Translations under genes and position numbers: made by a program
Part shown: one piece after another, positions 9,716-19,253 of the stretch
Numbering within the stretch: position 1 is the stretch's first letter
Layout: each line of letters begins with the position of its first letter
Notes under the pieces: generated by a model
What the model was told of the DNA's origin: nothing
Databases searched by the model: none
Seen by the model: only the letters and a program-made list of their open reading frames with translations
Source: Spirochaetia bacterium
GTDB taxonomy: Bacteria; Spirochaetota; Spirochaetia; SZUA-6; Bin103
Assembly (NCBI GenBank): GCA_965199955.1
Contig: CBDATQ010000001.1
Coordinates: 864,001-928,000, forward strand
DNA: 64,000 nt
Direction: 5' to 3'

Positions 9716-10681
9716 GTGTTCATCGACTGCGACCCGGGCATGGACGATGCGCTCGCGCTTATCGTCGCGCTGAAGAGCTCGTCCGTCCGCGTGTGCGGCA
9801 TCACGAGCGTCTCCGGCAACCTGCCGGCCGACCGCTGCTACGGGAACATCCACACGGTCCTGAACCTGATGGGGGTGCCGGAGACGGGCGAAGCAGGCCC
9901 GCCCACCGGCCAGGGCGGGCCGCGGGCGCTGGTTCGGGAGCTTGCGCATGACCCATTCTCGCACGGTGCGGACGGCCTGGGAGAGACCGGCCTGCCCGCG
10001 GCGTGGGTGCCGCCAAAGCCCACGTGGGCGCCCGTCCTGCTATTGGAGCAGGCCCGCCGGCACGCGGCGGATGGCGACCCGCTCACCGTGGTGACGCTCG
10101 GGCCGCTGACCAACGTCGCGCTGGCGCTGCACATGGAGCCGCGGCTGCCGGAGCTGATCGACCGCCTGGTCGTGCTGGGCGGCGCGTTCGGGCTGCAGCG
10201 CGAGGCGGCCCTCAACGCGACCGGCGACAACCCGATGAGCGAGTGGAACTTCTACGTCGACCCGGAGGCGGCGCGGCTGGTCCTGCACGGCGGCTTCGAC
10301 CTGGTTGCGGTCGGGCTGGACGTGGCCACGCACCGGGATCTGCGGCTCACCGACGCGGACGGTGAGGCGCTGCGCGCCTCCGGCCGCGCCGAGGCGCGCC
10401 TCGCGGCCGGCATGCTGGACTTCGTCACCGAGCGCGGCTTCGGCAGCTACTGCGTGCTGATCGATTCGTGCGCGATTGCGGCGGCGGCGCGGCCGGAGCT
10501 CATCGACACCGTCGCCCTGCACTGCGACGTGGAGACGCGCGACGGGCTGACGCGCGGGCAGACGGTGGTCGACGTCCGCCAGAACTTCCGCTGGCAGCAT
10601 CTGCCGCAGGTGCAGGCGGCCCGCGACGCCGACTTTCCCGGCCTGCGCCGATTCATCGTCGAGACCCTGCTGGCAGGCTGA
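9716..10681 (+). CDS. Inosine/uridine-preferring nucleoside hydrolase family
   Basis: IDCDPGMDDA, HGADGLG, LGPLTNVA, EWNFYVDPEAA, GLDV, TRGQTVVD. Start may be upstream (in-frame ATC 9659). Confidence 0.9.
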   Translation: MFIDCDPGMDDALALIVALKSSSVRVCGITSVSGNLPADRCYGNIHTVLNLMGVPETGEAGPPTGQGGPRALVRELAHDPFSHGADGLGETGLPAAWVPPKPTWAPVLLLEQARRHAADGDPLTVVTLGPLTNVALALHMEPRLPELIDRLVVLGGAFGLQREAALNATGDNPMSEWNFYVDPEAARLVLHGGFDLVAVGLDVATHRDLRLTDADGEALRASGRAEARLAAGMLDFVTERGFGSYCVLIDSCAIAAAARPELIDTVALHCDVETRDGLTRGQTVVDVRQNFRWQHLPQVQAARDADFPGLRRFIVETLLAG

Positions 10682-10780
10682 GCCTCTCCCCCGCGAGCGG
10701 ACGCGGCCCGGGTGCGCCGGTTGCATCCGTGCCGTGGCTCGTGTAGACGTTAGCCCATGAGCAATACCCAGGAGGTAATG

Positions 10781-12142
10781 ATGAAACGCTCTCCTATCGC
10801 AAGAAGGTTGATACTCGTGCTCGCGATCGGTCTGCTTGCCGTCGCGCCGCTCGCAGCGCGCGCAGTACAGGAACGGACGCAGGTCCAGTTCTGGATGTGG
10901 GGCGCCGGCCCGCACCTGCAGGACGTGATCAAGGCCGTGCTGGTCGATCCGTACAACGAGTCGCAGGACCAGTTCGAGCTGGTGATGGAGTTCCGCAACG
11001 ACGTGGACTCGGTCATCGCATCGGTGCTGCCCGCCGGGGGCGGCCCGGACCTCGTCTACGGCTCCGGTCCGGCGTTCGTACGCCCGTTCGCCGCCGCCGG
11101 GCACCTGGCTTCGATGGAGCCCTACTCCGAGAAGTACGGGTGGCGCGACCGCATCCTCACGCCGATCTACGAGTCGGGCACGGTCGACGGCGACCTGTAC
11201 GCGCTGCCCAACTCCCTGAACACCATGGGCGTCTTCTACAACAAGGTGCTGTTCGAGGAGAACGGCTGGGAGATCCCGACCACCTTCGAGGAGCTGGAAG
11301 CGATCATGGATGACGCGCTGGACCAGGGCCTGTATGCGTCGGTCACCGGCAACAAGGGCTGGCGCCCGGTCAATGAGAACTACACGCAGATGTTCCTCAC
11401 CCACTGGGCGGGGCCGCAGGCCACCTACGACGCGATCACCGGCGCCATCCCCTGGACCGACGCGGCGATCGCGGAGGCGGTGCAGAAGAGCGCGGAGTGG
11501 TTCCAGGCCGACTACCTGGCCGGCGAGGACTACTTCAACCTCAACTTCTCGGACGCGGTGGCGCTGCTGGAGTCGGGGGACTCGCCGTTCTTCTTCGGTC
11601 CGTCGCTGGTATTCCAGTTCGCCACCAGCTACTACTCCGAAGAGGACGGCAACCTGGACGAGCTCGGCTTCTTCCCGCTGCCGAGCCGCGACGGTCTGCC
11701 GTCGCCGATCTTCCTGCTCGGCACTACCGCCTCGCTGTCGATCAATGCCTACTCCTCGCCCGAGGTGCAGGACGCCGTGGGCGAGATCATCGACCGCATG
11801 ATGACGCAGGAGTTCCTGGTCGGCATGACCGAGGGATGGCCCGGCTACTGGGGCGTTCCGATCAGCCAGCTCGACATCGACCTGGACGACTTCAGCGGGC
11901 TCTCGCACGGCTTCCTGAGCGCGATTCAGGACGCCATCTCGGCCGTGAACGCCGGCAACTTCGGCTACTCGCCCTCGACCTTCTTCCCGCCGGCCACGCA
12001 GACCGCCTTCTTCGACATCGACTCGGTCTGGCTGGGCGAGCTGACCGTCGACGAGTTCCTGGCCAATGTGCAGACCGCCTACGAGGAGGACAAGGCGGCC
12101 GGACTGGTGGCGCCGGTGCCGGCGCCCGGCATGGGCGGCTGA
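10781..12142 (+). CDS. Carbohydrate ABC transporter substrate-binding protein
   Basis: GGAGG SD, signal peptide, GPDLV, 'GDLYALP...GVFYNKVLFEENGWEIPTTFEEL'. Confidence 0.9.
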   Translation: MKRSPIARRLILVLAIGLLAVAPLAARAVQERTQVQFWMWGAGPHLQDVIKAVLVDPYNESQDQFELVMEFRNDVDSVIASVLPAGGGPDLVYGSGPAFVRPFAAAGHLASMEPYSEKYGWRDRILTPIYESGTVDGDLYALPNSLNTMGVFYNKVLFEENGWEIPTTFEELEAIMDDALDQGLYASVTGNKGWRPVNENYTQMFLTHWAGPQATYDAITGAIPWTDAAIAEAVQKSAEWFQADYLAGEDYFNLNFSDAVALLESGDSPFFFGPSLVFQFATSYYSEEDGNLDELGFFPLPSRDGLPSPIFLLGTTASLSINAYSSPEVQDAVGEIIDRMMTQEFLVGMTEGWPGYWGVPISQLDIDLDDFSGLSHGFLSAIQDAISAVNAGNFGYSPSTFFPPATQTAFFDIDSVWLGELTVDEFLANVQTAYEEDKAAGLVAPVPAPGMGG

Positions 12143-12242
12143 TCGCGCCCCCGACCTTCGCGCCGCCGACCGCGCCACCCGGGCCTCGCACGGCGATGCC
12201 CGGGCCGGCGCGGCCCGCCGCGGCGTCCCACCCCGACCGCTG

Positions 12243-13127
12243 ATGCACAGCCGGTCCTTCCAGTACTACCTGCTGCTCGCGCCCGCCGTGCTGCTGAGCG
12301 TGGCGGTGGTGCTGGTGCCCGGCCTGATGACCGCCTACGTTGCCTTCACCGACTGGAACGGCGTGTCGCTCAGCATGAACTGGATCGGCACGGTCAACTT
12401 CGAGAAGATCTTCGCCGACCGCGTGTTCTGGAAGGCGCTCGGCAACAACGTCCGGTGGACTCTGCTGTTCCTGACCGTGCCGGTCGGCATCGGCCTGCTC
12501 ACGGCGATGCTGCTGCTCAAGCGGGGCCGCACGCGCACCCTCTACCAGATGATCTATCTCGGCCCCTATGTGCTGGCGCCGGTGACCAACGCCATCCTCT
12601 GGCTGAACATCATCCTCAACCCGGTGTCCGGCATGCTGCGCCACGTCCGCCACCTGTTTCCGCGCAACTCGCCGCTGGCGCCGCTGCGCTCGCCGCTGGG
12701 CAGCCCGGACACGGCACTCTACTTCGTAGCGATGGTCGACATCTGGCACTACTGGGGCTTCCTGACGGTCGTGTACCTGGCTGCCCTGCGCCAGACCCCG
12801 CAGGAGCTGGTCGAAGCCTCGACCGTCGAAGGGGCGGGCGTGCTGCAGCTCTTCCGCTTCCTCTACCTGCCGACGATCCTGCCCACCATGCTGCTGATGT
12901 TCGTGATCATCACCATCTTCTCGTTCCTGACCTTCGAGTACGTCTACATCATGACCGGCGGCGGACCGGCGCACGGCTCGGAGATGCTCAGCACCTACGC
13001 CTACACGCTGGCGTTCAACGCGCTGCAGTACGGCAAGGCGGCGGCCACCGGGCTGGTGATGAGCTTCTTCGGCCTGGCGGCATCGGCGTTCTACGTGTGG
13101 ATGAGCCGGCGGGAGTCGGGCGCATGA
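12243..13127 (+). CDS. Carbohydrate ABC transporter permease 1
   Basis: Hydrophobic; FTDWNG, EAA-loop 'ELVEASTVEGA', 'MTGGGP'. Confidence 0.9.
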   Translation: MHSRSFQYYLLLAPAVLLSVAVVLVPGLMTAYVAFTDWNGVSLSMNWIGTVNFEKIFADRVFWKALGNNVRWTLLFLTVPVGIGLLTAMLLLKRGRTRTLYQMIYLGPYVLAPVTNAILWLNIILNPVSGMLRHVRHLFPRNSPLAPLRSPLGSPDTALYFVAMVDIWHYWGFLTVVYLAALRQTPQELVEASTVEGAGVLQLFRFLYLPTILPTMLLMFVIITIFSFLTFEYVYIMTGGGPAHGSEMLSTYAYTLAFNALQYGKAAATGLVMSFFGLAASAFYVWMSRRESGA

Positions 13128-14014
13128 GCGTGCGCTCGATGAGTGCGCGGGGCGAGCGGTCGGCGGTGTCGTCGTGGCGGTCGCCTCGTTCGCGGCGGCT
13201 GATCCGCTCGGCGGGCTCCCACCTGGTCCTGATCCTGTTCGCGTTCACGGCGCTGGCGCCGCTGGCGCTGGTGGCGATCAACAGCCTCAAGACCCACCGC
13301 GAGGTGGTGCGCAGCCCCCTCGCCATGCCGACCACCCTGCACTGGGAGAACTTCGATCTGGCCTGGCGCTACGGGCAGTTCTCGCGCGGGTTCGTCAACA
13401 GCATCCTGCTGAGCGGCACCGCGGTGGTGACCGTCCTCACCTGCGCGACGCTCGCCGGCTACGTGCTGGCCCGGAGGCGGATCCGGCAGTGGCGGATGGT
13501 CACCGTCTACTTCATGCTGGCGATGACCGTCCCGATCCAGCTCTTCCTGTTCCCGCTCTACTACCTTTTCGCGCGGGTGCTGGGGCTGTTGGGCAGCCTG
13601 TACGGGGTCGGCGTGGTGCTGGCGGCGCTGAACATGCCGCTGGCGGTGTTCCTGATGCGCGCCTTCTTCCTGGCGGTGCCGGAGCAGCTCGAGGAGGCCG
13701 CGCGCATCGACGGCGCCAACACCGTGCGCGTGCTGATCTGGGTGCTGATCCCGCCGGTGCGCCCCGGCCTGATCACGGTGGCCGTGATCGTCGGCCTGCA
13801 GGCGTGGAACGAGTTCCTGATCACGCGCACCTTCCTGGGCCAGGAGAGCATCACTGCCACGCTCGGGCTGCTGTCCATGAACGGCACGTTCACGGACAAC
13901 ATGAGCGTGATGATGGCCGGCACCCTGCTGATGATCGGCCCGCCGCTGATCTTCTTCGCGCTGGTGCAGCGCTACTTCATCGAGGGGCTGATCTCCGGCG
14001 CCCTCAAGGGGTGA
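13124..14014 (+). CDS. Carbohydrate ABC transporter permease 2
   Basis: NSLKT, 'LEEAARIDGA', WNEF, 'QRYFIEGLISGALKG'. Confidence 0.92.
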   Translation: MSVRSMSARGERSAVSSWRSPRSRRLIRSAGSHLVLILFAFTALAPLALVAINSLKTHREVVRSPLAMPTTLHWENFDLAWRYGQFSRGFVNSILLSGTAVVTVLTCATLAGYVLARRRIRQWRMVTVYFMLAMTVPIQLFLFPLYYLFARVLGLLGSLYGVGVVLAALNMPLAVFLMRAFFLAVPEQLEEAARIDGANTVRVLIWVLIPPVRPGLITVAVIVGLQAWNEFLITRTFLGQESITATLGLLSMNGTFTDNMSVMMAGTLLMIGPPLIFFALVQRYFIEGLISGALKG

Positions 14015-14024
14015 CGTTCTTCCC

Positions 14025-16157
14025 GTGGTTGAGCTGAGCGAGGAGATCCGCGAGCGTGTCTACGCTGGCGTGCTCGGCAAGCTGATCGGCGTCTACCTGG
14101 GGCGCGCCGTGGAGGGCTGGAGCTACCGGGCGATCCGGGAGCGGTTCGGCGAGATCGCCAACTACGTCCACCACGAGGTGGGCATGCCGCTGATCGTGCC
14201 CGACGACGACCTGTCGGGCACGTTCGTGTTCTTCCGGGCGCTGGAGGACCACGGCTACGATCCTTCCTTGAGCGCGCGGCAGATCGGCGAGACCTGGCTC
14301 AACTACATCATCGAGGACAAGACCATCCTGTGGTGGGGGGGCATGAGCCGCTCCACCGAGCACACCGCCTGGCTGCGGCTGCGGCAGGGGCACGCGGCGC
14401 CGGCCAGCGGCTCGATCGCCCTGAACGGGCGGGCGATGGCGGAGCAGATCGGCGCGCAGATCTTCGCCGACGGGTGGGCGCTGGCCAATCCGGGGGCGCC
14501 GGCGCGCGCCGCGCGGCTGGCGCGCGAGGCCGCCTCGGTCAGCCACGACGGCATCGCCGTCGACTGCGCGGAGTTCCTGGCGGTGCTGGAGGCGCTGGCC
14601 TTCGAGGAGGCGGACGCCGGGCGCCTGCTGGAGCAGGGGTTGGGATTCGTCGGGAACGCGATGCTGCGTGGGCTGGTGTCGGCGGTGCGCGACCGCTGTG
14701 CGGCGGCCGGGGACTGGCGCGAGGTGCGCGACTGGATCGAGCGCGAGCACGGCTACCACCGCTACCCCGGCAACTGCCCGATGGTGACCAACCACCTGTC
14801 GGTGCTGATGGCGCTGCTGACAGGCGGCGCCGACTTCCAGCGCAGCCTGACCATCGCGGCGAGCGCCGGCTGGGACACCGACTGCAACGCCGGCAACGTC
14901 GGCTGCCTGAACGGCGTGCGGCTGGGGCTGGCGGCGCTGTCGGCGGGGGTGGACCTGCGCGCGCCGGTCGCCGACCGGTTGTACGCGGTCAGCGCCGACG
15001 GCGGCGAGTGCGTGACCGACGCCGTGCTGGAGACGCGGCGGATCCTGCGCGCGGCGGCCGCCCTGCGCGGCGAGGAGCAGCCGCCGCGGCAGCCGCGCTT
15101 CGGCTTCGAGTATCCCGGCTCCGTGCAGGGCTTCCAGGTCGACCGCGAGCCGCACCACCTGCAGGCGGTCGCCGGGTTGCAGAACACCGGCGGCGGGCTG
15201 CGGATCTCCTACCGGCGGCTGGCGCCGGGCCGCTGCGGGCGGCTCCGCGTGCAGACCTGCTTCGCTCCCGAGCCGAGCGGCGTGCGCGACACCAGCTACT
15301 TCGAGGTGCTGGCCAGCCCCACCCTGTACGGCACGCAGACGGTGAAGGCGCTGGTGGAGTGTGGCGGCGGGCCGCAGCCGATCTGGCGCTTCTTTGTCCG
15401 CCATTATTGCGGCGACGGCTCGCTGAACACCCGCTACGGCGAGGTCGTCGCGCTGCAGCCGGGCGCCAACCGGCTGTCTTGGCAGGTGCCGCACTGCGAC
15501 GGCCTGCCGATCTACGAGCTGGGCATCGAGCTGACCGCGCCAGGGCGGCTTGACGGCGAGGTGATCCTCCGCCAGCTCGACTGGCACGGCGCGCCGGAGC
15601 GCCTGGCGATGGGAAGGGCCGACGAGCTGTCCCCGGAGCTCACGCCCTGGACGACCAACACGCCGTGGCTGAAGGCCTTCCTAAGCTCGGCGCGCAACCT
15701 GGCACCGGACTACACGACCACCTTCTCGATCTCCCATCCGGACGACAACGGCGTGCTCACCATCGGCACCCGCGATTGGGACGACTACACCGTGAGCTCG
15801 GAGATGACCCTCGTCCATCAGCGGACGGCGGGGCTGGTGGCGCGGGCGCGCGGCCACCGCCGCTACTACGCCGCCGTGCTGTGCGCCGGCGAGGCGCGGC
15901 TGCTCAAGCGCCGCGACGGGACCGTTCAGGTGCTGGCCCGCTGCCCGTGCGACGCGCCGCACGACCAGCCCCTGGAGGTGGCCCTGACCGTGGTGGGTGA
16001 AGAGCTGCGCTTCGCGCTCGGGAGCCGCGGGTTGCTGGCCGCGCGGGACGGCGAGTACGCGAGCGGCGGCGCCGGGTTCCTGGTGGAAGAGGGCGGCTAC
16101 CTGGCGCGCGGATTCCAGGTGGAGCGTGCGGCGCGTGACGGCGGTGACGGGCCGTGA
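14025..16157 (+). CDS. ADP-ribosylglycohydrolase-family protein with long C-terminal extension (copy 1)
   Basis: YAGVLGKLIGVYLGRAVEGW, PDDDLSG, SVSHDG, GWDTDCNAG metal-binding motifs; about 350-aa beta-rich tail. Confidence 0.85.
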   Translation: MVELSEEIRERVYAGVLGKLIGVYLGRAVEGWSYRAIRERFGEIANYVHHEVGMPLIVPDDDLSGTFVFFRALEDHGYDPSLSARQIGETWLNYIIEDKTILWWGGMSRSTEHTAWLRLRQGHAAPASGSIALNGRAMAEQIGAQIFADGWALANPGAPARAARLAREAASVSHDGIAVDCAEFLAVLEALAFEEADAGRLLEQGLGFVGNAMLRGLVSAVRDRCAAAGDWREVRDWIEREHGYHRYPGNCPMVTNHLSVLMALLTGGADFQRSLTIAASAGWDTDCNAGNVGCLNGVRLGLAALSAGVDLRAPVADRLYAVSADGGECVTDAVLETRRILRAAAALRGEEQPPRQPRFGFEYPGSVQGFQVDREPHHLQAVAGLQNTGGGLRISYRRLAPGRCGRLRVQTCFAPEPSGVRDTSYFEVLASPTLYGTQTVKALVECGGGPQPIWRFFVRHYCGDGSLNTRYGEVVALQPGANRLSWQVPHCDGLPIYELGIELTAPGRLDGEVILRQLDWHGAPERLAMGRADELSPELTPWTTNTPWLKAFLSSARNLAPDYTTTFSISHPDDNGVLTIGTRDWDDYTVSSEMTLVHQRTAGLVARARGHRRYYAAVLCAGEARLLKRRDGTVQVLARCPCDAPHDQPLEVALTVVGEELRFALGSRGLLAARDGEYASGGAGFLVEEGGYLARGFQVERAARDGGDGP

Positions 16158-18310
16158 GGGCTGACGAACGGCGCGTCGCGGAGGCGACCTACGCCGGCGT
16201 GCTCGGCAAGATGATCGGCGTCTACCTCGGACGGCCGGTCGAGGGGTGGGCGTACGACGCGATCCGGGAGCGCTTCGGCGAGGTGGACCGCTATGTGCAC
16301 GAGCCGCTGGAGCAGCCGCTGGTGGTGGCCGACGACGACTTGTCCGGCAGCTTCGGCTTCTTCCGCGCGATGGAGCAGCGAGGCGATTCTGGCGAGGTCA
16401 CGGCGGCCGACTTCGGCGACACCTGGCTCAACACCATCATCGAGGACCGGACCATCCTCTGGTGGGGCGGACTCGGCCGCTCCACCGAGCACACGGCCTA
16501 TCTGCGCCTGAAGGCGGGCTACCGCGCCCCGCAGAGCGGGAGCTGCGCCCTCAACGGGCCGATGCTCGCCACCCAGATCGGCGCGCAGATCTTCACCGAC
16601 CCGCTGGCGCTCATGTCGCCCGGCGACCCGGGGCAGGCGGCGGCGCTGATCCGCAAGGCGGCGTCGGTGAGTCACGACGGGATGGCGCTCGACTGCGCCG
16701 CCTACCTGGGGGCGCTGCAGGCGCTGGCCTTCGAGCACCGCTCGCTGGACGCGCTGCTGGACGCGGCCGAGCCCTTCGCGGCCGGCGACCAGCTCCGCCG
16801 GCTGCTGGACGACGTGCGCGGCATCTGCGCCCGCCAGGACGACTGGCGCCGGATACGGGAGTGGCTGGATCCCCGCTACGGTTACGGCGTCTTCGCCGGG
16901 CCGTGCCCGATCCAGACCAACCACGCGATGGTGCTGGCCGCCCTGCTGCTCGGCGGTGACGACTTCCGCCGCGCCGTGACCATCGGCGCCTCCGCCGGCT
17001 ACGACACCGACTGCAACGCCGGCAGCGTCGGCTGCCTGAACGGCGTGCGATTGGGCCTGGCGTCGATCCCCGCCGACCTGCGGGAGCCGGTTGCGGACCG
17101 CCTGCTGGTGGTGACCGCCGAGGGCGGCCGCTGCGTGAGCGATGCCGTGCTGGAGACGCGCCGGATCCTGCGTGCCGGCGCAGCCAACCGGGACGACCAG
17201 GAGCCGCAGCCCCGCTTCGGCTTCGAGCTCCCAGGAGCCCGGCAGGGCTTCGCAACCTGCCCGCACGCCCCTCCCGGCGCCGCGCCGGTCCGAGTGGCCG
17301 GCAGCGATGAGCAAGGCGTCCTGCTCCACTACCGCGACCTCGCCGCTTCGACTGTCGGCCGCGTTTCGACGCCGGTCTTCCTGGACTTCGACGAGGTGGC
17401 GGACAACTTCTCGACCCATGCCAGCCCCACGCTGTACGCCACGCAGGAGGTGGTAGCGTGCGTGCAGGCCCCGGACCCTGCCGCCGGATCTCTTCCGAAC
17501 GCAGCCCTGTACGCGCTCTCCTACAACGCAGCCGACCGCGTGCAGGAGCTGCGCTCGCCCGGGCAGCCGTTGCGCGCCGGCGCCAACACGCTGCGCTGGC
17601 GGGTGCCCGCGAACGGCGGCATGCCGCTGTTCCGTCTCGGCCTGGAGTTGACGGCGCCGTCCGGGGCGCAGATCCCGTTGGCCGGGTCGCTGAGGTTGCT
17701 GAGCGTGGACTGGGACGGCGCTCCGCACGACTTCCGGCAGAGCGGCATGCTGATGTCCTCGATCTGGAACCTGCGTCCCCACTGGCTGCGTGCGTGGGTG
17801 AGCGCGGCCCGCGAGTTCGCGCCCGACTTCGAGCTCACCTACTGCATCTCGCACAGCGCCGCGAATGGCCTGGTGACCCTCGGCACCCGCGCGTGGCGCG
17901 ACTACGCCGTGGAGACCGGCCTCCGCTTCAGCCTGCACCGCTCGGGCGGCCTGGTGCTGCGCGCCCGCGGCCTGCGGCGCTACTACGCCGCCCTGTTCTC
18001 GGGCGGCGACCGGCTCGCCATCGTCGCCCGTCAGGACGATGCCGTTCACACCCTCGCGCAGACCGCCTTTCCCTACGAGATGGAGCGTCTGCACGCGTTG
18101 CGCTTCGCCGCCACCGGCGACCGCCTCTCGCTCACGGTGGACGAAGCCCCCCTGCTCGAAGCGCGTGACGATCGCTACTCGAGCGGCGGCGCCGGTTTCG
18201 TGATCGACGAGGGCACCATGATCGCCGACGGCTTCCGCGTCCGCCGCTGCGATCCGCAGCCCGTGGCCGGCGTCAGCCCTTCGGGGGCGACTTCAGCAGG
18301 CGGTCGATGA
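16154..18310 (+). CDS. ADP-ribosylglycohydrolase-family protein with long C-terminal extension (copy 2)
   Basis: Paralogue of copy 1: YAGVLGKMIGVYLGRPVEGW, ADDDLSG, GYDTDCNAG; GTGA overlap. Confidence 0.85.
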   Translation: MRADERRVAEATYAGVLGKMIGVYLGRPVEGWAYDAIRERFGEVDRYVHEPLEQPLVVADDDLSGSFGFFRAMEQRGDSGEVTAADFGDTWLNTIIEDRTILWWGGLGRSTEHTAYLRLKAGYRAPQSGSCALNGPMLATQIGAQIFTDPLALMSPGDPGQAAALIRKAASVSHDGMALDCAAYLGALQALAFEHRSLDALLDAAEPFAAGDQLRRLLDDVRGICARQDDWRRIREWLDPRYGYGVFAGPCPIQTNHAMVLAALLLGGDDFRRAVTIGASAGYDTDCNAGSVGCLNGVRLGLASIPADLREPVADRLLVVTAEGGRCVSDAVLETRRILRAGAANRDDQEPQPRFGFELPGARQGFATCPHAPPGAAPVRVAGSDEQGVLLHYRDLAASTVGRVSTPVFLDFDEVADNFSTHASPTLYATQEVVACVQAPDPAAGSLPNAALYALSYNAADRVQELRSPGQPLRAGANTLRWRVPANGGMPLFRLGLELTAPSGAQIPLAGSLRLLSVDWDGAPHDFRQSGMLMSSIWNLRPHWLRAWVSAAREFAPDFELTYCISHSAANGLVTLGTRAWRDYAVETGLRFSLHRSGGLVLRARGLRRYYAALFSGGDRLAIVARQDDAVHTLAQTAFPYEMERLHALRFAATGDRLSLTVDEAPLLEARDDRYSSGGAGFVIDEGTMIADGFRVRRCDPQPVAGVSPSGATSAGGR

Positions 18311-18494
18311 GGACGAAGGCGAGCGCGGCGCGCTCGTTGCGTGACAGGTCCTGCTCCAGCCCCTCGAGGGCGGCCCGGATCCGCGGACCGCTGTCAGGAT
18401 CGGCGTCGGCCAGCTCGAACGCCCGCTCGAGCTGGGCTTGGTTGATGCAGTAGACGGAATCGCCGCCGGTCAGGTCGACCGGCTGCACTGCCAT
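18273..18494 (-). CDS. Hypothetical protein (73 aa)
   Basis: Protein-like composition, directly downstream of the IscA-like gene on the same strand. Confidence 0.55.
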   Translation of the reverse strand: MAVQPVDLTGGDSVYCINQAQLERAFELADADPDSGPRIRAALEGLEQDLSRNERAALAFVLIDRLLKSPPKG

Positions 18495-18519
18495 ACCGTG
18501 CCGATCCCCGCGTCAGCCG

Positions 18520-18864
18520 CTACAGGGCGAAGCTGGCCCCGCAACCGCACGCCTTGGTGGCGTTCGGATTGCTGAAGCGGAAGCCCATGCTCACCAGGTC
18601 GTCGGAATAGTCGACGTCGAGATGGTGCAGGTGCCCGGCGCTGTTGCGGTCCGCCATGAGGGTGATCCCGTCCTGGTCGTAGACCACGACGTCGAACGGC
18701 GTGCGGGTCTCGTCCATGGACGCCTGGTAGGTCATGCCGGAGCAGCCGCCCTCGGTGACCCAGAGGCGCAGAAACCCGTTGTCCGACGCGAGCCTGCGGA
18801 TCTCTTCCCTGGCCCGTTCGCTGATGGAGACCGAGTAGGGCGCGGTGGCCGTCGCGTCACTCAT
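18520..18864 (-). CDS. iscA: A-type Fe-S carrier (IscA/SufA/ErpA, HesB family)
   Basis: GGCSGMTY and NPNATKACGCGASF. Confidence 0.9.
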   Translation of the reverse strand: MSDATATAPYSVSISERAREEIRRLASDNGFLRLWVTEGGCSGMTYQASMDETRTPFDVVVYDQDGITLMADRNSAGHLHHLDVDYSDDLVSMGFRFSNPNATKACGCGASFAL

Positions 18865-18868
18865 CGCC

Positions 18869-19021
18869 TCACAGCGTACGCCCGCGGGCCGAGAAGATCA
18901 ACGCTTCGCACGTGAGACAGGGCGCGGTCACTCTGCCCGCGACGCTGATCGCCCACTCATGATGGGTGTCGCGGGCGTTGGCGAACGCGACCAGGAAGCC
19001 GGTGTCGACGATCCCTCTCAC
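18869..19021 (-). pseudogene. Truncated PIN/VapC toxin fragment (50 codons)
   Basis: Manual translation from GTG 19021: VRGIVDTGFLVAFANARDTHHEWAISVAGRVTAPCLTCEA, then the PIN similarity ends and a stop follows. Confidence 0.7.
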
Positions 19022-19233
19022 GAGTCGGAGAACCCCTTTCTGGTCGAGAGGTTCGGTGCCATACGGACCGATCCGGCCAGGCGCATGAATCGCCGCGCCT
19101 GAGTATCCTCTCGGCGCGCCTTCTCCAACTGGTCACGGATCAACCGCAGCGTGCAGTCTGCCCGGCAGGCCGCGAAACGCGCCAGCTTCTCATCGGCCGC
19201 GCGCATGCGTATGATCTGGGGCAACGTACGCAA
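19018..19233 (-). pseudogene. Antitoxin remnant (C-terminal half of a CopG/VapB-like protein)
   Basis: 'LIRDQLEKARRE..RRFMRLAGSVR..PNLSTRKGFS' with GTGA overlap into the PIN fragment; the N-terminus looks unrelated. Confidence 0.55.
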
Positions 19234-19253
19234 CCACTTACGGTGAGGGACCG

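Noticed and set aside
12143..12242. GC-rich quasi-repeats between binding protein and permease genes
   Set aside because: Short and imperfect; typical intercistronic structure of ABC operons.
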